A stretch of DNA of 64,000 nucleotides from Candidatus Krumholzibacteriia bacterium (GCA_041390065.1 JAWKQQ010000005.1:482500-546499); one strand, 5' to 3'; positions 53,048 through 63,216 are shown, numbered from the stretch's first letter. Notes: a model not told the origin generated them from the sequence alone. Made by a program: numbers and translations.

Positions 53048-53628
53048 GGTGTGGTCTCCCCGCCGTAGAACTCGCCCTCGGGCGCCTTGCCGGGACGGTG
53101 CTTGCCCTGGAGGGTCAGCACGTAGGCCGCCAGCAGCTCCACGCGGGCCGGACCGAGCTGGTTGCCCCAGGCGGCCATGCCCTTGGCCGTCACGCCGTTG
53201 GTGATGACGTTCAGGTGGTCCAGGCCGGTCGGGCCGTGGATCCAGTAGTCGTCGGTGAGGTTGGGACCGACGAGGCCCGAACCGTCGGTCTGGTGGCACA
53301 CCGCGCAGTACTGCTCGAACAGGGCCCGTCCCTCCTCGACCTTGGCCGGGATCGTGGTCATCAGCTGCAGCGACTCGTTGGTCACCCCGCCCGCGGCCGC
53401 CCGCGCGAGCTGCGCCTCGGCCGCGGCGACCATCTGCTTCTGCAGCGCCTGCCGCGGCAGGTCCCCGGCGCCGATGGTCTGGATCACCAGCCAGTAGCCC
53501 AGGGCGAAGAGGATGCTGCCGTAGAGGATCCACAGCCACCAGTTGGGCAGCTTGTTGTCGTATTCCTGGATGCCGTCGAACGCGTGATCGCGCACGTGGT
53601 CGGCCTCGGGTCGGTTCTGCTCGCTCAT
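53044..53628 (-). CDS. ccoP: cbb3 oxidase subunit III CcoP (single heme c motif)
   Basis: FixP N-terminal motif FDGIQEYDNKLPNWW and one TM. Only one CxxCH (CAVCH) in 194 aa. Confidence 0.85.
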   Translation of the reverse strand: MSEQNRPEADHVRDHAFDGIQEYDNKLPNWWLWILYGSILFALGYWLVIQTIGAGDLPRQALQKQMVAAAEAQLARAAAGGVTNESLQLMTTIPAKVEEGRALFEQYCAVCHQTDGSGLVGPNLTDDYWIHGPTGLDHLNVITNGVTAKGMAAWGNQLGPARVELLAAYVLTLQGKHRPGKAPEGEFYGGETTP

Positions 53629-53807
53629 CGGGCGGCACCTCCGTTGTCGTCGTCCAGGGGCAGCGCGGCGATGTGGTCGCGCTTGGCCTGGTCCTTCAGG
53701 CCGAACACGACGTAGATCAGCACGGCGATGAAGCTGAGCACGAAGACGGCCAGGCCGATCAGCGGCCAGACGAGCAACGTGCTGTCGGCGAAGTACTGCT
53801 GGAACAT
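53625..53807 (-). CDS. ccoQ: CcoQ/FixQ-like small subunit
   Basis: 60 aa with a single TM, located between ccoNO and ccoP. ATGA overlap with ccoP. Confidence 0.6.
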   Translation of the reverse strand: MFQQYFADSTLLVWPLIGLAVFVLSFIAVLIYVVFGLKDQAKRDHIAALPLDDDNGGAAR

Positions 53808-53808
53808 G

Positions 53809-56193
53809 CTACCGGCCTCCCGTCGCCACGCCGGGGGCCGCGAGGGGCTGCGGGCCGCGCCCGAGCCGCTGCACGTAGGCGATGAGGGCGGCCAGCTTGC
53901 TGTCGGGGGCCAGCTCCACCGACCCCGCCTTCAGGTCGTCGGCGATCAGCTGCCCCTGGCTGAGGCCGTTCTGCCGGGCGGCCTGGAAATCGGCGTCGGT
54001 GTAGGGCACGCCCAGCTTCGCGAGGGTCTGCATGTGGCCGCGGACGACGTCGAAATCCACCTTCTGGTTCTTCAGCCACGGATACATGGGCATGTTGGAC
54101 GCCGGCGACGTCGAGCGCGGGTCGTTGAAGTGCAGGTAGTGCCAGAGGTTGGCATACTTGCCGCCCACGCGGGCGAGGTCCGGGCCGGTGCGCTTGCTGC
54201 CCCACTGGAACGGGTGGTCGAGCAGGCTCTCCTCCAGGCGCGAGTACTCGCCGTAACGCAGCACCTCGTGACGCAGCGGGCGGATCATCTGGCTGTGGCA
54301 GACGTAGCAGCCCTCGCTCACGTAGACGTCGCGGCCGGCGAGCTCGAGCGGGCTGTAGGGCTGCTGCATCCACTTCGAGGACTCGGCCAGGGCCGGGTTC
54401 TCCTCGCCGCCGGCGGTCGCCACCTCGGCCTGGTAGGCGCGCACCTGCTCCGGCACCTTGTTGGTGATGACGACGGTGGGGATGATCTGCACCACGCCGC
54501 CCACGAGGATGGCGAACAGCACCAGCACCGTGAACGCGAGGCCGTTCTGCTCGATCAGGTCGTGCCACCTGGCCCAGCGGTCGCGGCCGGCGGCGAAGCT
54601 GAGTCCGGCGCCGGCCACCGCCACGCACAGGAGGCCGAGCACCAGCGGGCTCGTCAACAGGTTGGCCATGCCCAGGAGCACGGCCAGCACGATGATCACG
54701 ACCGAGAACAGGACGGGCGGACTGGTGATCAGGCGGCCCGCGCCGGCCTTGCTCTCCTTGACCAGGGCGGGCACCTGGATCTCCACGCGACTCTTGGTGC
54801 CCTGGTGGATGGTGGCCGCCAGGTTGTAGATGCCCAGCAGGTAGCTCAGGAAGTAGAGCAGACCGCCCGTCAGCCGCATGTGGTACATGGCCTTCGACGC
54901 CACCAGGCCCTCGATGAAGTCGGGGTACTTGAGGAAGCCGTCGGCGTCCAGCGCGCGCCAGAACAGGCCCTGGCTCACGCCGCTCACCCACATGGACACC
55001 ACGTACATGAGGATGCCGACGGTCGCGATCCAGAAGTGGGTCTCGGCCAGCTTCACGCTATAGAGCTTGGTGTTCCAGAGCCGCGGCACCATCCAGTACA
55101 GCATGCCCAGGGCCATGAAGCCGTTCCAGCCCAGGGCGCCGCCGTGGACGTGGCCGATGATCCAGTCCGTGTAGTGGCCCAGGGCCGACACGCTCTTGAT
55201 CGACAGCAGCGGCCCCTCGAAGGTGCTCATGCCGTAGAACGTGACCGCGACCACGAAGAACTTGATCACCGGGTCGGTGCGCAGCTTGTCCCAGGCGCCG
55301 CGCAGGGTGAGCAGGCCGTTGAGCATGCCGCCCCAGCTGGGCGCCCAGAGCATGATCGAGAAGATCATGCCCAGGATCTGCGCCCAGTCCGGCAGGGCGG
55401 TGTAGAGCAGGTGATGCGGACCGGCCCAGATGTAGATGAAGACCAGCGACCAGAAGTGCACCACCGAGAGGCGGTAGCTGTAGACCGGCCGCTCGGCCGC
55501 CTTGGGCAGGAAGTAGTACATGATGCCCAGGATGGGCGTGGTCAGGAAGAAGGCCACGGCGTTGTGCCCGTACCACCACTGCACCAGCGCATCCTGCACG
55601 CCCGCCCAGATGGGATAGCTGTGGGTGAACGACGTGGGCAGCGCCAGGCTGTTGACGATGTGCAGCACGGCGATGGTGACGATGGTCGCGATGTAGAACC
55701 AGATCGCCACGTAGAGGTTGGGCTCGTTCCGCCGGGCGATCGTCCAGAACATGTTGACCGCGAACACCACCCAGACCACGGCGATGGCGATGTCGATCGG
55801 CCAGATCAGCTCGGCGTACTCCTTGCCCTGGGTCAGCCCCAGCGGCAAGGTGATGGCGGCCGAGACGATGATCAGCTGCCAGCCCCAGAAGTTGATCCAG
55901 CTGAGCGTGTCGTTGGCCATGCGGGCCTTCAACAGCCTCTGCGTGGAATAGTAGATCCCCGCGAACATCATGTTGCCCACGAAGGCGAAGATGGCGGCGT
56001 TGGTGTGCAGCGGGCGCAGGCGGCCGAACGTCAGCCACGAGGTGCCGAAGTTGGCCTGCCAGAACGAGAGCTGCGACGCCACCAGCACGCCCAGCAGGAG
56101 CGCCACGGCTCCCCAGACGATGGTGGCCAGGGAGAACGCACGGCAGATGTCATCGTCGTAGACGACCGTGCGCAGGCGGGACTCAGCGGCCAT
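53809..56193 (-). CDS. ccoN: fused cbb3 oxidase subunits I and II (CcoN-CcoO)
   Basis: CcoN motifs (LRPLHTNAAIFAF, WWYGHNAV, HHLLY, GHVHGGALGW), then extra TM linkers and CcoO (EGCYVCHSQMIRP, GPDLARVGGKY). ATG 56193 follows GAGAGGAAGG. Confidence 0.9.
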   Translation of the reverse strand: MAAESRLRTVVYDDDICRAFSLATIVWGAVALLLGVLVASQLSFWQANFGTSWLTFGRLRPLHTNAAIFAFVGNMMFAGIYYSTQRLLKARMANDTLSWINFWGWQLIIVSAAITLPLGLTQGKEYAELIWPIDIAIAVVWVVFAVNMFWTIARRNEPNLYVAIWFYIATIVTIAVLHIVNSLALPTSFTHSYPIWAGVQDALVQWWYGHNAVAFFLTTPILGIMYYFLPKAAERPVYSYRLSVVHFWSLVFIYIWAGPHHLLYTALPDWAQILGMIFSIMLWAPSWGGMLNGLLTLRGAWDKLRTDPVIKFFVVAVTFYGMSTFEGPLLSIKSVSALGHYTDWIIGHVHGGALGWNGFMALGMLYWMVPRLWNTKLYSVKLAETHFWIATVGILMYVVSMWVSGVSQGLFWRALDADGFLKYPDFIEGLVASKAMYHMRLTGGLLYFLSYLLGIYNLAATIHQGTKSRVEIQVPALVKESKAGAGRLITSPPVLFSVVIIVLAVLLGMANLLTSPLVLGLLCVAVAGAGLSFAAGRDRWARWHDLIEQNGLAFTVLVLFAILVGGVVQIIPTVVITNKVPEQVRAYQAEVATAGGEENPALAESSKWMQQPYSPLELAGRDVYVSEGCYVCHSQMIRPLRHEVLRYGEYSRLEESLLDHPFQWGSKRTGPDLARVGGKYANLWHYLHFNDPRSTSPASNMPMYPWLKNQKVDFDVVRGHMQTLAKLGVPYTDADFQAARQNGLSQGQLIADDLKAGSVELAPDSKLAALIAYVQRLGRGPQPLAAPGVATGGR

Positions 56194-56383
56194 GGGCAGG
56201 ACCTTCCTCTCGAGGTGCGGCCGCGGGCGGGGCGGCCTGGGGACCGGCGTCATCTTCCAGCGGAAGCAGCGAGAGCCGGGCGCCGTGATCGAAATCGCCG
56301 CCGCGCAGCCGCGACACGAAGAACGCGACGGCGATGGCCACGAGCACCAGGCTGATGAAGACCAGGATCACGACGACGTCCAT
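56183..56383 (-). CDS. ccoS: cbb3 oxidase maturation protein CcoS/FixS
   Basis: 66 aa, one TM, then RLRGGDFDHGARLSLLPLEDD (the CcoS G-Q/D-F-D-D type motif). It overlaps the ccoI end and the ccoNO start. Confidence 0.7.
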   Translation of the reverse strand: MDVVVILVFISLVLVAIAVAFFVSRLRGGDFDHGARLSLLPLEDDAGPQAAPPAAAPREEGPAHGR

Positions 56384-58797
56384 GACGTCCGCCTTTCGGA
56401 GAGCCGCCAGGCCGTCAGGCCCACGACCCCCAGCGAGCTCGAAGGCATCAGGATGGCCGCCACCACGGGCGTCACCAGGCCGCCGAGCGCGAGGCCGAGC
56501 GCGGCGAGGTTGTAGACCACCGCCAGCGCCAGGTTGGTGCGGGTGACGCGGCGCAGCCGACGCGCCGATTCCAGGGACCACCGCAACGCCTGCAGGCCGT
56601 CGCCGAAGAAGTAGAAGTCGGCCTTGCCCGGCAGCACCGGGCGGTCGACGGCGGGCGTGGCGGCGCAGAGGGCGGCGGCGAAGCTGGGCGCGTCGTTGAG
56701 GCCGTCGCCCACCATCATGGTGTCGTGCCGGTCGAGGGCGCGGACCCGGGCCGCCTTGGCCTCGGGGTCGAGGCCGCCGCGGTACGACCCCGCCGGCAGG
56801 CCGAGCCGCTCGGCCATGGCCGTCACCTTGGCCGGCGCGTCGCCGCTGAGCAGATGCAGCTCGTAACCTTGACCGGCGAGCGCCTGCAGCTCCTCCCGCA
56901 CGCCCGGCCGCAAACGCTCCACCGGACTGAGCGTCGCCAGCACCTCGCCGTCGCGCGAGAACAGCGTCGCGCCGTCCGGTCCATCGCCCGCGAACCCGGG
57001 ACGGCCGAGGCGGTAGGCGACGCCGCCGAGCTGAAGCGCCAGACCCTGGCCGGGACGCTCCTCGAGGGCGTCGACCGCGGCCGCGGGCAAGGCGGCGGCG
57101 GCGGCCAGCGCCCGCGCGATGGCCTTGCTCACCGGGTGGTTGCTGCGGGCGGTCATGCTCCGGAGCACCGCGCTGGCGTCCGGGTCGAGCGCCGCGAGAG
57201 CCGCGAGGCCGTCGGGTCCGAGCTCCAGCTCGTCGAAGGTCAGGGTCCCGGTCTTGTCCAGCAGCAGCTTGCGCACGTGCAGGGCCTTCTCCAGGAAGCC
57301 GGGCGTGCGCAGCAGCACGCCGCGGCGGCGTAGCCACTGGTGGGTGAGTTCCTCGGCCAGGGGCGTGGCGAGGCCCAGCGCGCAGGGGCAGGTGATCACG
57401 AGCACGGACACCGCCACGCGCAGGGCCTGGCCGGCGTCGCGCGGCAGCCAGATCGCCAGGCCCAGGGCCGCGGCGAGCAGCACGGCGGCCACGTAGAGCG
57501 TGCTCACGCGGTGCCACCAGAGAGGGCGGAACTCGTCGGACGTCTGATCGGCCGGCGCTCGCAGCAGCTGCTGCAGGCGGCTGGTGGCGAAGCTCTCGGT
57601 GGCCGTGATAGCGAAGCCGTGCGGGGCGGCGTTGAATGCGCCGGCGGGCACCACCTGACCGGGCTGGTAGCGCACGCGGTCGCTCTCGCCGGTGATCCAG
57701 TCCAGGGCCACCGACGCGTCGCGCCGCAGGAGCACGCCGTCGACGGGCACGAGGTCGCCCGGGGCGATCCACAGCTCGTCGCCCCGGTCGAGCTCCACCG
57801 CGGGCACGGCCGCCAGGCCGTCCGGCGTCTGGCGCTTCGCCGTCAGGTGCTCGGCGCCGCTGCTGTCCAGCAGCGCGTTGCGGTTGCGCTCGAGGAGGTG
57901 CTCGCGGGCCCAGCGGCCCACCAGCATGAGGGCCACGAACACCGTCAGGGTATCGAAGTAGGCAGCCTCGGGACCGCGCCAGAAGAACGCCGCCGTGCTG
58001 CCGGCCCAGGCCAGCACCATGCCGAGCGAGATGGGCAGGTCGAGGTGGGCGATGCCGCGGCGCAGGCCCGCCCAGGCCGGCCGGAAGAACACGCCGCCGC
58101 CGATGACCACCGCGAGGGTCGACAGCCCGAGTCCCAGCCAGCCGAACACGGTGTACAGCAAGCCGTCGCCCGGCGCGAGGCCGAAGTAGTAGCTCAGGCT
58201 CAGCATCATGGTGTTGAGCGCCAGGGCGATGGTCGCGGCCATGCGGATGAGCAGCGCGCGCGAGCGCCGCGGCGCAGCCTTGCTCGGCGGTCCCAGGCGG
58301 TAGCCGAAGCGTTCGACGGTGGCCAGGTAGGGCTTGAGGTCGCCGCGGGTGGGGTCCCAGACCAGGTCGACGGTGCCCAGGGTGGGGTTGATGCGCAGGC
58401 CGAGGCCGCCCGCCTCGCGCCGGAACAGCTCCTCCAGGAGCCAGACGCAGGCCGCGCAGTGCACGCCCTGCAGGTCCATGGAAAGGCGCCACGGGCCCGT
58501 GTCGCGGGTGGAGGCGGGCAGCGCGTCGACGAGGCGGTCGAACCAGGCGAAGCTGTCGGGCCGCAGGGTGGGAGCCGGGGGCACCGGGCCCTGCTTGAGG
58601 TCGTAATAGCGGGTGAGGTCCTCGGCGTGCAGCAGCTCGTACACCGACTTGCAGCCGCGGCAGCAGAAGGGGCCGTCGGCGGCGTGGTGGAAGGCGCCGA
58701 GCTCGCCGCCGCAGTGCACGCAGACGGTGGCCGTCGCGGTGGCACGGTCCGGGCTCAGATCAGAGGAATACGACCTGTCGGCGTGGGACGCGGACAT
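56368..58797 (-). CDS. ccoI: copper-translocating P-type ATPase CcoI/FixI
   Basis: N-terminal Cys-rich region (CVHCGG, CCRGC), HMA-like GVHCAACV, CPCALGLATP, DKTGTLT, MVGDGLNDAP. Confidence 0.9.
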   Translation of the reverse strand: MSASHADRSYSSDLSPDRATATATVCVHCGGELGAFHHAADGPFCCRGCKSVYELLHAEDLTRYYDLKQGPVPPAPTLRPDSFAWFDRLVDALPASTRDTGPWRLSMDLQGVHCAACVWLLEELFRREAGGLGLRINPTLGTVDLVWDPTRGDLKPYLATVERFGYRLGPPSKAAPRRSRALLIRMAATIALALNTMMLSLSYYFGLAPGDGLLYTVFGWLGLGLSTLAVVIGGGVFFRPAWAGLRRGIAHLDLPISLGMVLAWAGSTAAFFWRGPEAAYFDTLTVFVALMLVGRWAREHLLERNRNALLDSSGAEHLTAKRQTPDGLAAVPAVELDRGDELWIAPGDLVPVDGVLLRRDASVALDWITGESDRVRYQPGQVVPAGAFNAAPHGFAITATESFATSRLQQLLRAPADQTSDEFRPLWWHRVSTLYVAAVLLAAALGLAIWLPRDAGQALRVAVSVLVITCPCALGLATPLAEELTHQWLRRRGVLLRTPGFLEKALHVRKLLLDKTGTLTFDELELGPDGLAALAALDPDASAVLRSMTARSNHPVSKAIARALAAAAALPAAAVDALEERPGQGLALQLGGVAYRLGRPGFAGDGPDGATLFSRDGEVLATLSPVERLRPGVREELQALAGQGYELHLLSGDAPAKVTAMAERLGLPAGSYRGGLDPEAKAARVRALDRHDTMMVGDGLNDAPSFAAALCAATPAVDRPVLPGKADFYFFGDGLQALRWSLESARRLRRVTRTNLALAVVYNLAALGLALGGLVTPVVAAILMPSSSLGVVGLTAWRLSERRTSWTSS

Positions 58798-58929
58798 GGG
58801 GGCCTCGCATGATCCGGTCGGCGGCGTAAGTCACGGATTGCCAACACGAAAGTAGACAATTCAAGTCTCGTAGTCAAAAAGATATTAAACCGATGGGCGA
58901 TGATGATGCAATCGCCATTTCACCGCCGT

Positions 58930-59229
58930 TCATGGCCTCCGGAGCGCCTCGACCTCCGCCCCGGTCCGGAGCATCGGCTCGCCGGGAACCCGGCCGCCGT
59001 CCGTGGCCGTCGGGAGGTCGTCCTCGCTGCGGACGCGCCCCGGGACGCGCCGCCATTCGATGGCGAGGGGTCTGCCCGTGGCGACGTTGCAGGCCGACGG
59101 GCCGAGCCTGGCGCCGTCGGTGATGCGGAAGGCGACGATCCTGCGCCGAGGCGCTGGCCCCGCCCGTTTTTCTGGGAACCGCTCGCGCCATGCACTAGTA
59201 TTCAGCCCGCCCGGATCGCGATCCCCCAT
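58930..59229 (-). CDS. hypothetical small protein or gene remnant
   Basis: About 95% GC3 over the last ~70 codons (IVAFRITDGARLGPSACNVATGRPLAIEWRRVPGRVRSEDDL...GAEVEALRRP). GC3 drops near the only in-frame ATG (59229), so the start is uncertain. Confidence 0.35.
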   Translation of the reverse strand: MGDRDPGGLNTSAWRERFPEKRAGPAPRRRIVAFRITDGARLGPSACNVATGRPLAIEWRRVPGRVRSEDDLPTATDGGRVPGEPMLRTGAEVEALRRP

Positions 59230-59254
59230 CGCCGTATGGTCAAGGAGCACCCCG

Positions 59255-60610
59255 ATGCACCCGACCCATCCCGACAGGCGGCGAGCCCAGGCCGCCGTCT
59301 GGCTCCTCGCCGCACTCTGCGCCACCGCCACGGCGGCGCCGCAGCCCGGCCCCGCACCCCTCGATCTGCCGACCGTGCTCGAACTCGTCACCAGCGAGTC
59401 GGCCACCGCCGCCGCCGCCGCCGCCGATCAGGCCGCCGCCGCGGCCGCCGTCGACCGCGCCCGCGCCGGCTGGTGGCCGTCCGTGGACCTCGCGGCCCAG
59501 TACACGCTGCGGGACCACCGGATCGAGGCCGAGGCCGGGACGCTGACGTTTCCGACCGCCCCGCAGAACAACGGCCAGTACGCGCTGGAGGCCCGCGAGC
59601 TGGTCTGGGATGGCGGCCGGCGCAGCCTGGCGATCGAGGCCGCCGGCAAGCAGGCCCAGACGATCCGGCTGGGCAACCGGTCGGCGTTGACGTCGGCGCA
59701 GCTGGCGGCCGCCGGAGCCTACCTCGACGCGCTGGAGCTCGCGGCCAGCCGGCGGGTGATCGAGCGGCGCCTGGACGCGCTCTCCTCCCACCTGAAGGTC
59801 GCCCGCGACCTCCTCGACCAGGGCCTCACGGCCCGCAACGACGTCCTGGAGACCGAGGTGCGGGTGCGCGCGGTCGAGAACCAGCTCGCGGCCGTCGACG
59901 ACCGGCAGGCCACGGCCGCCCAGGACCTCAACCGCCGCCTCGGCCGCGACCCCGCGACCGTCCTCGCGTTGCCCGATTCGCTGGCCACGCCGCCGGCGCT
60001 TCCGGATCACGACGCCCTGCTCGCCGCCGCCGTCACGCAGAACCCCGGCCTGCAGACGGTGGCCTCGCGCCTGGACCAGAGCCGCACGAACCTCGAGCTG
60101 GCGCGCAAAGCCTGGTATCCGTCCGTGTTCGTGGGCGCCGCCCATGCCTACGTCCAGAACGAGTACCTCGTCCACCAGTTCATCAACTCGGTGGTGGCCG
60201 GCGTGACCTGGAACATCCTCGATGGCGGCACGCGCAAGGCGGACATCCGCCAGGCCGAGGCCCGCACCGCCCAGGCCGCCCGCGACCGGCTCGAGGTCGA
60301 GCGATCGGTCACCGTCGCCGTCGACGACGCCTGGCGCCGCTGGGAACAGGCCCGCCGCGAGCTGGCCACCGCCCGGATCGACGTGGCCGCCGCCCGCGAG
60401 AACCTGCGGATCGTCGAGGACCAGTACCAGCAAGGCCTGGCGCGTTCGAGCGACGTGCTCGACGCCGAGGCTCTCTTCGCCCAGAGCCAGTACGACGTGG
60501 TGCGCCGCCACTACGCCACCTACCGCACCCAGATGCAGCTGCTGACGGCGGCCGGCCAGGACCTGGTCGCGTTCTACCGCGGCACCGCCGACAGCCCCCG
60601 GGAGGATTGA
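59255..60610 (+). CDS. TolC-family outer membrane efflux protein
   Basis: AAGGAG RBS, signal peptide, two OEP repeats (coiled-coil plus beta segments, e.g. WYPSVFVGAAHAY, DVLDAEALFAQSQYD). Confidence 0.85.
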   Translation: MHPTHPDRRRAQAAVWLLAALCATATAAPQPGPAPLDLPTVLELVTSESATAAAAAADQAAAAAAVDRARAGWWPSVDLAAQYTLRDHRIEAEAGTLTFPTAPQNNGQYALEARELVWDGGRRSLAIEAAGKQAQTIRLGNRSALTSAQLAAAGAYLDALELAASRRVIERRLDALSSHLKVARDLLDQGLTARNDVLETEVRVRAVENQLAAVDDRQATAAQDLNRRLGRDPATVLALPDSLATPPALPDHDALLAAAVTQNPGLQTVASRLDQSRTNLELARKAWYPSVFVGAAHAYVQNEYLVHQFINSVVAGVTWNILDGGTRKADIRQAEARTAQAARDRLEVERSVTVAVDDAWRRWEQARRELATARIDVAAARENLRIVEDQYQQGLARSSDVLDAEALFAQSQYDVVRRHYATYRTQMQLLTAAGQDLVAFYRGTADSPRED

Positions 60611-60612
60611 CG

Positions 60613-61614
60613 ATGCAGAAGAAGCGTATCGGCCTGGCGGTCATCATCATCGCCGCCCTCGGGCTTGCGGTCGCCGGCTACCTGCACTGGAAGCACGGCC
60701 AGCTCTACCCGTCGACCGACAACGCCTACGTTGCCGGCGACGTCACGGCCGTCGCCAGCCGCGTGCCCGGCGTGCTGGTCGAGGTCGGTTTCCAGGACAA
60801 CGAACCGGTGATCGCCGGGCAGGTGCTGGCGCAGCTGGACCCCCGCGACTTCGACACCGCCATCGCCACCGCGGAGGCCGACCTGGCCAAGGCCATCGCC
60901 GCGCTGGCGGCCGATTCGGCCCAGATCGCCGGCGCCCGGGCCCAGCTCGTGGTGGCCCGCAGCGAGGCCGTGCTGGCCCGCGCCGACCGCGACCGCTACG
61001 CGACGCTGCAGGAGCGGGGCTCGGCGCCCGAGCGGCAATCCGAGCAGGCCACCACGGCCGCCGAGGTGGCCGAAGCCCGGGCGACCGCGGCCGAAAAGGC
61101 GCTCCTGGCCGCCCGCGCCAGGCTCGCCGTCGACGAGAAGGCCGTGGCCAAGAGTCGGGCCCAGCTGGCCGAGGCGCAGCTGCGGCGCGAGTACTGCACG
61201 ATCACCGCCCCGACGGCGGGCATCGTGGCCGACAAGTCGGCCCAGCCGGGCCAGGTCGTGGGGGCCGGCCAGCCCCTCTGCCGGATCGCGCCGCTCAGCG
61301 GCGAGCACCTCTGGATCGACGCCAACTTCAAGGAGACCCAGCTCGCCAGGATCGAGGTGGGCCAGCCCGTCACCGTGGAGGTCGATGCGGTCGCGGGGCA
61401 TGAGTTCAAGGGCACGGTGGCCGGCTTCGCCGCCGGCACCGGGGCCGCCTTCGCGCTGCTGCCGCCCGAGAACGCGAGCGGCAACTGGGTGAAGATCGTC
61501 CAGCGGCTGCCGGTGCGGATCGCGCTGGCGCCGGACGACCCGCTGCTGGCCCGGCTGCGCCTCGGCCTGTCGGCCCAGGTCACCGTCGACACCCAGGCGC
61601 CCGGGTCACGCTGA
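60613..61614 (+). CDS. emrA: HlyD/EmrA-family periplasmic adaptor
   Basis: N-terminal TM, TDNAYVAGDV, long coiled coil, ITAPTAGIVADK, NWVKIVQRLPVRI. Confidence 0.9.
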   Translation: MQKKRIGLAVIIIAALGLAVAGYLHWKHGQLYPSTDNAYVAGDVTAVASRVPGVLVEVGFQDNEPVIAGQVLAQLDPRDFDTAIATAEADLAKAIAALAADSAQIAGARAQLVVARSEAVLARADRDRYATLQERGSAPERQSEQATTAAEVAEARATAAEKALLAARARLAVDEKAVAKSRAQLAEAQLRREYCTITAPTAGIVADKSAQPGQVVGAGQPLCRIAPLSGEHLWIDANFKETQLARIEVGQPVTVEVDAVAGHEFKGTVAGFAAGTGAAFALLPPENASGNWVKIVQRLPVRIALAPDDPLLARLRLGLSAQVTVDTQAPGSR

Positions 61615-63179
61615 TGTCCGACACCGCTCCGGTGGTCCGCGCGGTCCCGAACAAGTTCCTGGTGGCCGCGACGGTGATGATCGGCACCCTGATGGAGGTC
61701 ATCGACACGTCGGTGGCCAACGTCTCCTTGCCGCACATCCAGGGCACGTTCTCCGCCGGCGTCGACGAGATCACCTGGGTGATCACCTCGTACCTCGTGG
61801 CCAACGCGATCATCCTGCCGTTGAGCGGCTGGCTGGGCAACTACTTCGGGCGCAAGCGGTCGTACCTGACCTGCCTGGTGGTGTTCACCCTGGCGTCGAT
61901 CGGTTCGGGCGCGGCGCTCTCCTTGCCCATGCTGATCGGCATGCGCGTCTTGCAGGGCCTGGCGGGCGGCGCCATGGTGCCCATGTCGCAGGCCATCCTG
62001 CTGGAGTCGTTCCCCAAGCAGGAGCACGGCAAGGCGATGGCGCTGTTCGGCGTCGGCGTCATCTTCGGGCCCATCATCGGGCCCACCCTCGGCGGCTACA
62101 TCACCGACACCATCGGCTGGCGCTGGGTCTTCTACATCAACGCCCCGCTGGGGATCCTGGGCGTGCTGCTCGGCCTGCTGTTCATCGTCGACCCCGCGTA
62201 CCTCAAGCGCCCCCAGGGCCGGGTGGACTTCCTGAGCTTCGTGTTCATCGCGATCGGCCTGGGCAGCCTCGAGGTCCTGCTCAACCGCGGCCAGCGCTAC
62301 GACTGGTTCGCGAGCCCGCTCATCCAGATCCTCGCGCTGACCACCGCCGTCGGCCTGGCCCTGTTCATCTGGCGCTCGTTCACGGCGACCCGCCCGCTCG
62401 TCGACCTGCGGGTGTTCAGGAGCCGGCCTTTCTTCGTCGGCACCATGCTCATGTTCCTGCTCGGCTTCGGCCTCTACGGCTCGTTCACCATGCTGCCGCT
62501 GTTCGTGCAGCACGTGCTCGGGTATACGGCCACGCTCGCCGGTCTGGTGCTCTCGCCGGGCGGCCTGATGTCGCTGCTGGCGATGGCCTTCGTGGGCAAC
62601 CTGATCGGCCGGGTCGACATGCGGCTGCTGGTCCTCTTCGGCGCGATGATGAACATCTGGTCGCTGTGGATCCTGCAGCACGTGTACGTCGACGTCGATT
62701 TCTGGTACGTCACCAGCTCGCGCCTGCTGCAGGGCTTCGGCCTCGGCTTCCTATTCGTGCCACTGACCACGATCGCGTTCGCCGGCCTGCGGCCCGAGCA
62801 GATGGGCCAGGCCACCGGCCTCTTCAACCTGCTGCGCAACGAGGGCGGCTCGGTGGGGATCGCGCTGTCGTCCACCATCCTCGCGCGGCACTCCCAGCTG
62901 CACCGGCTGCACCTGGTGGAGCATCTGACGCCCGGCAACCTGGCGCTGCAGGAGCGGGTGGCCTCGATGTCGCACGGACTGGGCCAGGCGGCCGGCGTCG
63001 ACCCCGCCACGGCCCAGCAGCTGGCCTGGCGGGCGCTCGACGGCCAGATCCAGGGCCAGGCCATGGTCATGGCCTACAACGACGTGTTCTGGATCCTCAC
63101 CATGGCGTTCGTCGGGTTCTTGCCCTTCGTGCTGCTGCTCGGCGGCAAGGTCAAGTCGGGCGCGGTGTCCATCCATTGA
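61614..63179 (+). CDS. emrB: DHA2-family MFS efflux permease (EmrB-like, 14 TM)
   Basis: ATGA-type overlap with the adaptor gene. VANVSLPHIQG, GWLGNYFGRKR, RVLQGLAGGAM, WRWVFYINAPLG. Confidence 0.9.
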   Translation: MSDTAPVVRAVPNKFLVAATVMIGTLMEVIDTSVANVSLPHIQGTFSAGVDEITWVITSYLVANAIILPLSGWLGNYFGRKRSYLTCLVVFTLASIGSGAALSLPMLIGMRVLQGLAGGAMVPMSQAILLESFPKQEHGKAMALFGVGVIFGPIIGPTLGGYITDTIGWRWVFYINAPLGILGVLLGLLFIVDPAYLKRPQGRVDFLSFVFIAIGLGSLEVLLNRGQRYDWFASPLIQILALTTAVGLALFIWRSFTATRPLVDLRVFRSRPFFVGTMLMFLLGFGLYGSFTMLPLFVQHVLGYTATLAGLVLSPGGLMSLLAMAFVGNLIGRVDMRLLVLFGAMMNIWSLWILQHVYVDVDFWYVTSSRLLQGFGLGFLFVPLTTIAFAGLRPEQMGQATGLFNLLRNEGGSVGIALSSTILARHSQLHRLHLVEHLTPGNLALQERVASMSHGLGQAAGVDPATAQQLAWRALDGQIQGQAMVMAYNDVFWILTMAFVGFLPFVLLLGGKVKSGAVSIH

Positions 63180-63216
63180 TGCCGTCGCCGGCCGGCGACA
63201 ACCGGGAAGGCCCGCC

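Noticed and set aside
58798-58929. FNR/FixK box (TTGAT-N4-ATCAA) or a strong sigma-70 promoter upstream of the ccoI-led cbb3 cluster.
   Set aside because: The AT-rich stretch contains TTGACT-N17-TACTTT on the minus strand, but the -10 is weak and no FNR-type dyad is present. This is not enough to annotate.
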